From IMG/VR virus record IMGVR_UViG_3300037313_000674, positions 1 to 47,780 of that record: a stretch of 47,780 nucleotides of DNA. One strand, 5' to 3'. Below the pieces are notes generated by a model. The model was not told the DNA's origin, made no database searches, and was given only the letters and a program-made list of their open reading frames with translations. The stretch is from a virus. Of the stretch, positions 42,565-47,780 are shown in pieces; the stretch's first letter is position 1, and each line of letters opens with the position of its first letter. A program made the translations under genes and the position numbers.

Positions 42565-43275
42565 ATGGCCGATCTTTACAGCATTCTCGCCAAAGGACAG
42601 CCAACGTCCTACATTTCCGACCTCAACCCGGCTTTTTCGTCGGAGATGTCACGCATGCTCGACGCGATGCCCGAAAATCTGCGCGGCCAGGTGTCTATTT
42701 TCTCCGGCGCGCGGTCGAACGAAAAGCAGGCCCAACTTTGGCAAGCGGCGCTGGCCAAATACGGTTCTCCGGGGGCCGCGCGGCATTGGGTAGCCCCTCC
42801 GGGACACAGCCGCCACAACGAAGGGCTCGCGAGCGACCTTCGTTTCGCGTCTCCGGACGCCGAAAAATGGGTTCACGCCAACGCCACAAATTACGGGCTT
42901 ACCTTTCCGATGGCGCATGAGCCGTGGCACATCGAACCTGTCGGCGCGCGAGATGGAACCCTCGCCAAAAGCATGCAAAACGCACTGGCCGACCCGACAA
43001 TGCAGCCGGTTTCGCCGATGGGAATGCCGCAACAGCCGATGAACGATGTTGTTCAGCAAAAACCGGAAATTTCACCGCTCGGCGGCGTGCTTGCGGGCTT
43101 CATGAACGGCATGAACCAGCCATCGGGCGGGCCGACCGTCACCAAGGACACGAGCCCGCAAACGGCGATGCTCGCAGCCGGGCTTGCCGACCGTGGCCGG
43201 CAACTGAACACGGCGTTCCTGCCGAATGTCGATAACCTGCTAGCCATGCCGAAACGGCCGGCGGTGCTTAGCTAA
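42565..43275 (+). CDS. Peptidase M15 (VanY / L-Ala-D-Glu peptidase type) endolysin candidate with a low-complexity C-terminal half
   Basis: The sequence contains SGARSNEKQAQLW, PGHSRHNEGLASDL and HEPWHIEP, giving an H..D..H zinc-ligand pattern. Confidence 0.8.
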   Translation: MADLYSILAKGQPTSYISDLNPAFSSEMSRMLDAMPENLRGQVSIFSGARSNEKQAQLWQAALAKYGSPGAARHWVAPPGHSRHNEGLASDLRFASPDAEKWVHANATNYGLTFPMAHEPWHIEPVGARDGTLAKSMQNALADPTMQPVSPMGMPQQPMNDVVQQKPEISPLGGVLAGFMNGMNQPSGGPTVTKDTSPQTAMLAAGLADRGRQLNTAFLPNVDNLLAMPKRPAVLS

Positions 43276-43468
43276 AGAAACCGGTCTTCTTCCAGAAAAT
43301 CACGCTGTCGACGGCGTCATTCATCAGCTTCTGCGCGCGAGCCTGCCGGCGCGCTGCCGCACGGTAATTGCCCCAAATCGAATCTATCAGCGCGCGGTAC
43401 ACCAGCCGATTTGCCTCTTGGACCGACTGCTCCAGTTGCTCGCGCCAGAACTCGCCTAATTTCACCAT
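43268..43468 (-). CDS. Hypothetical helical protein (66 aa)
   Basis: The ORF is coupled to the upstream gene. Its 3' end overlaps the convergent M15 gene by 8 nt. Confidence 0.45.
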   Translation of the reverse strand: MVKLGEFWREQLEQSVQEANRLVYRALIDSIWGNYRAAARRQARAQKLMNDAVDSVIFWKKTGFFS

Positions 43469-43776
43469 GGGAACGGCCGATTAAGCTTGACGTTTTTCTG
43501 AACGCGCAGCGGCCATAGCGACTTTGGACTAATTTTCCCGATCCGGCAACGCCGGACCCATCGGTTTATCACCTCTTCGGGAGCACAGCACTCCCGCAAC
43601 GCGCCAGTTTGCACGTCGGCAATTTCCTTGATCGTAAAACCCATCTGAAAATCTCCATCGAAAAGTGCCAGTTTTGCGTCCTTTTCCGGATCATATGACG
43701 ACGCATACCAGATACGCCGCGCGGCGGGACCGGAGGGTTCTTCACCCGCGAGGAAATCGCCTTGTGCCCGGACCAC
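43462..43776 (-). CDS. Hypothetical protein, possibly HTH-containing (104 aa; alternative 60-aa form from ATG 43644)
   Basis: The sequence contains MGFTIKEIADVQTGALRE.... GGAGA lies 8 nt upstream of the internal ATG. Confidence 0.45.
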   Translation of the reverse strand: MVRAQGDFLAGEEPSGPAARRIWYASSYDPEKDAKLALFDGDFQMGFTIKEIADVQTGALRECCAPEEVINRWVRRCRIGKISPKSLWPLRVQKNVKLNRPFPW

Positions 43777-43839
43777 CGGCCGACACCCACACTGGCGAGA
43801 GGCGCCGGGGAATATCCCCGCCGCTTGAATTTGGTTGTT

Positions 43840-44097
43840 TCAGCACCTCACCCTGCGCTGCGACAGGAACGACAGCGGCACCACCTGCCCGTCCGGCGTG
43901 ACCAGCAGTATCAGCGACGGCATTTCGAGCTTGCCGGTCGTGCATTTAGGCTCGCGCGTCGTGCTGTTCGGCAGTTTCTCGAACACCTGCGGCTTGACGG
44001 GCGCGGTCGCGGCGTGCGCCAAAAGCGCTATGCCGAACAGCCACACCAGCAGGGAAAACGTGATTATTCCAATCCAGGCCCACACTTTCGATCGCAT
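43840..44097 (-). CDS. Small N-terminally anchored membrane or periplasmic protein (85 aa) downstream of the sigma gene
   Basis: The sequence begins MRSKVWAWIGIITFSLLVWLFGIALLAHA and continues with a roughly 55-aa soluble part. It starts 3 nt after the sigma stop. Confidence 0.6.
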   Translation of the reverse strand: MRSKVWAWIGIITFSLLVWLFGIALLAHAATAPVKPQVFEKLPNSTTREPKCTTGKLEMPSLILLVTPDGQVVPLSFLSQRRVRC

Positions 44098-44100
44098 GTT

Positions 44101-44580
44101 TCACCCCTCATAGCCGGTCAGTTCGGCCAATCTCTTCTGACCCCGGTGGACGCGGCTCTTGATCGTGCCGACCGGAACGGCCTGCAGCGCGGCCATTTCT
44201 TCATATTCATGCCCGAGCCCGTAAAGCACGAGCGTGTCGCGCATGGGCGCCGGCAAGTCGTTCAGCCGGACGAAGACCTGCTTGGCTGCGAGCGCGGCTT
44301 CCGGGTCGTCTTTCGCCGGCAGCATTTCGATCACGAGATCGTCCGGCTCGGCCATCAGGTGGCGCTTGCGCGTCGTCTGCGTGATGAATTCGTTTCGGCA
44401 GATCGTCGTCAGCCAACCGGCCATGTTCGACCCCGTCTGAAACTGATGCTGGCGCTCAAGGGCCCTGGCGAGCACGTCCTGCATGAGGTCGTCGGCGCGG
44501 TCGGCGTTCCGGGTCAGCCGGAGCGCGTAGCTGCGGAGTTTCTTAGCGTGATGCAGCAGTTCGTCCGCGAAATCGGCCAC
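44101..44580 (-). CDS. ECF-type sigma-70 family RNA polymerase sigma factor (159 aa)
   Basis: Region 2 reads DLMQDVLARALERQHQFQTGSNMAGWLTTICRNEFI. Region 4 reads LPAPMRDTLVLYGLGHEYEEMAALQAVPVGTIKSRVHRGQKRLAEL. The GTG start follows AAGGGGA. Confidence 0.88.
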   Translation of the reverse strand: MADFADELLHHAKKLRSYALRLTRNADRADDLMQDVLARALERQHQFQTGSNMAGWLTTICRNEFITQTTRKRHLMAEPDDLVIEMLPAKDDPEAALAAKQVFVRLNDLPAPMRDTLVLYGLGHEYEEMAALQAVPVGTIKSRVHRGQKRLAELTGYEG

Positions 44581-44681
44581 CTGGAAATCCCCTTCTATCG
44601 ATCGGCGGGGCCGATGCCGTGAGGTTTGCCACCGGCCCCGCTTCCATCAGCCCGTCCCGTGCGGCGGCGACCGGGCTGGTT

Positions 44682-44833
44682 CGTGATTTCGAAGCTGCGC
44701 GGCGCGTTCGGGATCGAACCGGGACACCCTCACTATCGCCAAACTCAAGACCTACCCGCCCTTGTCGGGTCGTCGGTCACGGGGTTCACTGATACCCCCG
44801 CCAAGCAAGCGGCCGCGCAGCCACGAAATCACG
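44682..44833. repeat. Long-range inverted repeat, 22 nt per arm (20/22), enclosing 108 nt of hairpin-rich sequence
   Basis: The arm cgtgatttcgaagctgcgcggc (44682-44703) pairs with the reverse complement of gccgcgcagccacgaaatcacg (44812-44833). The only mismatches are the central 2 nt. Confidence 0.75.
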
Positions 44834-44843
44834 CTGTTCAAAG

Positions 44844-44939
44844 AGACCGGCCCGCCATCCGTGTACGGGGGAGGAGGGGACTTTTGGCAGGCCGGTCTTA
44901 GCTTCCAGTTTGCGCGGGAGGAGGTGCGCGGTCTGGAAG
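44844..44939 (-). ncRNA. Candidate sRNA module with two hairpins each carrying CCUCCUCCC (cuckoo / CcsR / alpha-r14-like)
   Basis: Minus-strand RNA hairpin 1 (44902-44939) is CUUCCAG..GCGC-A-CCUCCUCCC-GCGC..CUGGAAG. Hairpin 2 (44844-44898) is AGACCGGCC...CCCCUCCUCCCCC...GGCCGGUCU. No plausible ORF is present in the 370-nt gap. Confidence 0.45.
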
Positions 44940-44950
44940 AAACTTGTGTT

Positions 44951-45259
44951 TTACGCTGCGTGCGCAGCAAGGTTCTGCCGAAGCAGGTAGCCTTCGAGCG
45001 CCCAAATCTTGTTGCGTGCATTCTCCCGTGCGATCTTGCGGCCGATGTCGGCGTCGAAATTCTCGAGGCTTGCCGCGGCGCTCTCGCCGGTCACGATATA
45101 GCCGTTGCGCAAAGTGAGCGCGCAGACCGTCATCGTCGTTCCGGGGAACACATGGTACTGCTCGGACTTGATCGCCTGGTCGATCAGGGTCGGCGTGAGG
45201 CGGGGCGCGTTGAGCCCTTTGGCCTGGATTTCGTTTTCGATCTGCTCTTCGTCTTTCAT
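44951..45259 (-). CDS. Gp49-like protein (Phage_gp49_66 family)
   Basis: The sequence is MKDEEQIENEIQAKGLNAPRLTPTLIDQAIKSEQYHVFPGTTMTVCALTLRNGYIVTGESAAASLENFDADIGRKIARENARNKIWALEGYLL. Confidence 0.75.
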   Translation of the reverse strand: MKDEEQIENEIQAKGLNAPRLTPTLIDQAIKSEQYHVFPGTTMTVCALTLRNGYIVTGESAAASLENFDADIGRKIARENARNKIWALEGYLLRQNLAAHAA

Positions 45260-45310
45260 CGGTCTTGCTTTCTGTCTCGTTGAACGTTTTGTTGATCGAA
45301 TGTCGATCAA

Positions 45311-45341
45311 TGTTGAAATGTGTAGAACAGAAAATTCAACA
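45311..45341 (-). promoter_or_regulatory. Perfect element copy upstream of the gp49-like / sRNA / sigma unit
   Basis: The minus strand reads TGTTGAATTTTCTGTTCTACACATTTCAACA. Confidence 0.6.
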
Positions 45342-45498
45342 AAGCAATAGGGTTTTTTAGTTTCAGAAAATAAAAAATTAGTGCGTCAGGGCTGCAGGCT
45401 GTAGCTACTCGGCCGGCGGCCACCCCCAGGGGGCGGGGGCCGGCCCACTGGCCGACCTGGCGGCGGATTGCGCATTACCGCCTGAGACAGGCTGTATT

Positions 45499-46071
45499 TC
45501 ATTCAAGTAAATCAGATAGATAGTCGTCGATGATCTGCGTTTGGCCACGGTTTTGGCCGCGTTTTGCGGCCTTTTCGGGCTCTATGTCCACTATACTGGA
45601 CATCGCTTCGGCCTTTTTCCGCTCTAAATCGACTATCAGGCGATCGATCGCGTCAACGTCGAGCGCGCCGTTGCCCCTCCGCATTGATTCCCGGAAGCGA
45701 TCGACGGCCAGATTTGCATGCTCCTGCAGCCTGGCAGCCGCCTGGACGCGCGCGGCCGGCGGCGCTGATGCCTTCTGAACGATCTGCATTTGGGCCTTGA
45801 TCGCCGCCGGGAAAGCCACCGCGTTAAGGTACTGCATGCCCATAATCTGCATGGCGCGGGCAAAGCTTGGGGCCGCTTGAATCGTAGATAGGTCAGCATT
45901 GCTGACGTATCCGGAACGGATTAATGCAGTTGCATCTAATTCGTTTTGTAAAAGCTGCCATGCCAGTATCGCCTCGCGCACGGAAATGCCCAACGCTGCG
46001 CATTCATCCTCACTCCAAGGAAAAACGCTGTTGGTTGGCAGCGCGATTGATTTAGCTGCGTTATTTTTCAT
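45499..46071 (-). CDS. Hypothetical protein (190 aa; alternative start 46116); first leftward gene from the four-half-site hub
   Basis: The ORF is long and predicted helical. The function is not recognised. It could be a regulator or a small terminase, but there is no evidence for either. Confidence 0.6.
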   Translation of the reverse strand: MKNNAAKSIALPTNSVFPWSEDECAALGISVREAILAWQLLQNELDATALIRSGYVSNADLSTIQAAPSFARAMQIMGMQYLNAVAFPAAIKAQMQIVQKASAPPAARVQAAARLQEHANLAVDRFRESMRRGNGALDVDAIDRLIVDLERKKAEAMSSIVDIEPEKAAKRGQNRGQTQIIDDYLSDLLE

Positions 46072-46089
46072 AAAAAGCCTATTGCCTTT

Positions 46090-46140
46090 TGTTGAACATT
46101 GTTGAATACTGACCATGCATCGTAATTCAACATTTCAACA
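46090..46140. promoter_or_regulatory. Hub of four perfect half-sites: TGTTGAA x2 (46090, 46100) and TTCAACA x2 (46126, 46134) in the divergent control region
   Basis: The sequence is TGTTGAAcatTGTTGAAtactgaccatgcatcgtaaTTCAACAtTTCAACA-GGAGcaacgactATG. Confidence 0.65.
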
Positions 46141-46152
46141 GGAGCAACGACT

Positions 46153-46482
46153 ATGCAAACCCTCGCCACCATTTACGAATTCCGCACCGCCAATTTCATC
46201 GTCCGCGTCGACGCGCTTGAGGAGATCGACCTCGATCTCCCTTGGGACGATACCGGCGAAGTTGCCGAGAAGCTCGACAACGGTCAGCTTGTGGCGTTCT
46301 GCGCCAAAGCCGCCGTGCTGTTCCGCGGCACTGAGATCGGCGCCGACTATCTCGGTAACTGCATCTATGAGAGCTTCGACGGCTTCCGCCACGATAGCGG
46401 CTATTTCCACGATATGGTCAGCCTCGCCATCCGCTCGGCACGCGATCATTTCAAAGACCTGCCTGCCTTGCGGGCTGCATAG
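46153..46482 (+). CDS. Hypothetical acidic protein (109 aa); first rightward gene from the hub
   Basis: AGGAG lies 8 nt upstream of the ATG. No motif was recognised. Confidence 0.65.
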   Translation: MQTLATIYEFRTANFIVRVDALEEIDLDLPWDDTGEVAEKLDNGQLVAFCAKAAVLFRGTEIGADYLGNCIYESFDGFRHDSGYFHDMVSLAIRSARDHFKDLPALRAA

Positions 46483-46496
46483 GCGAGTTAGCCGCC

Positions 46497-46724
46497 ATGA
46501 CCTTCAAAGCCCGCCTCAAACACCTGCAACAAAGGTTCCCCAACCTGCAAATCGTCCTCCGCAATCCGTCCGACAAGGCCGCCCGTATAACCTACGCCAG
46601 CGCGGGCTGTCACATCGAAGGCTGGCTCTATGAAAATGGCTCTTGCCGCTTCGAGCTGGTCGCCATCAACAGCGCTGAATGCGCTGAGCAATTGCTTGAA
46701 ATTGTTCACGCTATTCAGGGCTAA
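46497..46724 (+). CDS. Hypothetical protein (75 aa)
   Basis: The ORF shows coding-like codon usage. No motif was recognised. Confidence 0.55.
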   Translation: MTFKARLKHLQQRFPNLQIVLRNPSDKAARITYASAGCHIEGWLYENGSCRFELVAINSAECAEQLLEIVHAIQG

Positions 46725-46726
46725 CG

Positions 46727-46757
46727 TGTTGAATTTAACGAAAGGAGTTCTTCAATG
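46727..46757 (+). promoter_or_regulatory. Element copy (12/14): TGTTGAATTTAACGAAAGGAGTTCTTCAATG
   Basis: The RBS AAAGGAG lies in the spacer. The right half-site contains the ATG at 46755. Confidence 0.5.
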
Positions 46758-47417
46758 TTTCGCGAACCACAAGCATCTGATGTCAATTTGCAGATGGCCA
46801 TTCGCGCCCATGCCGGCACTAGCCATATGCCGGAGCGCCGCGGTGAAAGCGAAGTCGCTGATTATGTTCACACCATTCGGACTTTCAACGAAGCTCTCGC
46901 CGAGGCTGCGGATACTAACGAACGTATGACGGAAGCCCTCGCGCAGTCCGAACGCTTTCGTGAAGGCTATATCAAGCGCCTGACCGAGATTTGGTCGACG
47001 CGCAGCCGCATGATGTCCACCATGATTACCGGCCCGGCAAACTTCCCTGTCCGCCAGCAGGAAAAGGTCTGGCGTTCATACGACAAGAAGATGTCCGAAT
47101 TCATCGGCTGGCAGCAGCGCGCTCAAAGGGCTGCGTTCAAGTCCGTCGCATCGGTCGGCGTCATTCCTGAGCCAAAACCTGCCGGCGCGAAAACTGGAAC
47201 GGAAACGAAGACAATCGGCTCCGTTGAGATCGTCACAAACCACGATATCGAGCGAATCCAGATCGTGTTCGACGGCAAGCCATCGGCTGACATCATCGCC
47301 GAACTCAAAGGCGCAGCTTGGAACTGGTCGCCCCGCAACTCGGCATGGCAGCGGAAAATCACCAACAACGCAATGTGGTCGGCTGAGCGGATCGCCGCAA
47401 AGGCGGCCACGCTATGA
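46755..47417 (+). CDS. Hypothetical protein (220 aa)
   Basis: The RBS is strong. The C-terminal ...IQIVFDGKPSADIIAELKGAAWNWSPRNSAWQRKITNNA... resembles a small domain seen in plasmid and phage proteins (possibly DUF3560-like, low certainty). Confidence 0.65.
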   Translation: MFREPQASDVNLQMAIRAHAGTSHMPERRGESEVADYVHTIRTFNEALAEAADTNERMTEALAQSERFREGYIKRLTEIWSTRSRMMSTMITGPANFPVRQQEKVWRSYDKKMSEFIGWQQRAQRAAFKSVASVGVIPEPKPAGAKTGTETKTIGSVEIVTNHDIERIQIVFDGKPSADIIAELKGAAWNWSPRNSAWQRKITNNAMWSAERIAAKAATL

Positions 47418-47497
47418 AACCCCTCGCAGAAGCCGCCGCCCTCACCCTGCTAACCGCCGCAATTCTCACCTGGGCGCCGTTCCTGGCGCACTTGTGA
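47414..47497 (+). CDS. Micro-ORF (27 aa) encoding a hydrophobic peptide
   Basis: The product is [27 protein letters not shown]. There is an ATGA overlap with the upstream stop. Confidence 0.25.
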   Translation: MKPLAEAAALTLLTAAILTWAPFLAHL

Positions 47498-47528
47498 GGC
47501 TAAAGCTAACGATCGACTGGAGAAAACA

Positions 47529-47780
47529 ATGATCGACCACGAAATCCGGCACAACGAAACCGACGCGATCCTGTTCACCGCGAAAATCGAGTGCAAAACG
47601 ACAGTTTCGACGGGCGTGAAACTCGGCATGGCTGTTCTCGCCGCGCTCGCCGCTGGGGCCGACCTGCGCGGGGCCAACCTGTACGGGGCCAACCTGCGCG
47701 GGGCCAACCTGCGCGGGGCCGACCTGCGCGGGGCCAACCTGTACGGGGCCAACCTGTACGGGGCCGACCTGTACGGGGCC
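47529..47780 (+). CDS. Pentapeptide-repeat protein, 5' part (runs off the window end and continues at 128-676)
   Basis: GGAGAA lies 6 nt upstream of the ATG. The product begins [52 protein letters not shown].... Its frame matches frame 2 at the window start after removing the 127-bp overlap. Confidence 0.85.
   Translation, partial: MIDHEIRHNETDAILFTAKIECKTTVSTGVKLGMAVLAALAAGADLRGANLYGANLRGANLRGADLRGANLYGANLYGADLYGA
47654..47780. repeat. Second copy of the 127-bp terminal overlap
   Basis: It is identical to 1-127. Confidence 0.93.

Noticed and set aside
44700-44730. A T-loop-like GGTTCGATCC on the minus strand suggested a tRNA or tmRNA fragment.
   Set aside because: The flanking bases give only a 3-bp T-stem. 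No acceptor stem, CCA or anticodon arm could be built. It fits better as one small hairpin (GUUCG/CGAAC) inside the inverted-repeat domain.
45411-45445. A GC-rich imperfect hairpin (GGCCGGCGGCCACCCCC/GGGGGCGGGGGCCGGCC) downstream of the 45499 gene was considered as a terminator or an sRNA.
   Set aside because: Only 14 of 17 positions pair. The T-run on the transcribed strand is about 30 nt away rather than adjacent. It may attenuate transcription, but I could not support a confident terminator or RNA-gene call.

Overview
The window is a complete, circularly closed temperate phage or excised prophage genome of about 47.65 kb. The DNA is GC-rich and the host is probably alphaproteobacterial (Rhizobiales-like). 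Bases 1-127 are identical to 47654-47780, which looks like an assembly overlap. One gene, an idealised pentapeptide-repeat protein, reads through that junction.

Layout:
- Minus strand, 6997-918: lysogeny and replication-initiation block. It holds an HTH protein, an Xis-like HTH, a tyrosine integrase, an HTH/T5orf172 fusion, an attP carrying the 3' half of a tRNA, DUF1643, a Prim-Pol/helicase, an iteron array and a basic winged-helix-like protein.
- Plus strand, 7110-17879: early and replication block. It holds a small regulator, DUF5664, RuvC, HNH-AP2, an SNF2 helicase, a DUF2800 nuclease, a DUF2815 SSB, a GapR-like protein, an SPPY DNA methyltransferase and a family A DNA polymerase.
- Minus strand, 19408-17954: XRE repressor plus a second tyrosine recombinase.
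- Minus strand, 42432-19501: long podovirus-like late operon. Order is fibre N-terminal protein, beta-helix/LamG tailspike, TerL, portal, scaffold, capsid, adaptor, nozzle, internal virion proteins, GH19 lysin, holin and tail fibres.
- 42565-47528: accessory and regulatory block. It holds an M15 peptidase, an ECF-type sigma factor, a gp49-like protein and small unknown proteins.

Main observations from the hunt:
1. An oriented 31-bp element, TGTTGAA-N17-TTCAACA, recurs at gene starts around the whole genome. There are four perfect copies, about nine degenerate ones and a four-half-site hub.
2. A 370-nt hairpin-rich non-coding leader lies upstream of the phage ECF sigma gene. It contains two CCUCCUCCC hairpins of the cuckoo/CcsR sRNA type and a 20/22 long-range inverted repeat.
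3. An array of nine GTCCAAGT iterons looks like a replication origin.
4. A 15-bp tandem array with almost no DNA variation encodes a designed-looking pentapeptide beta-helix.

All functional calls rest on motifs read by eye. No database search was run.
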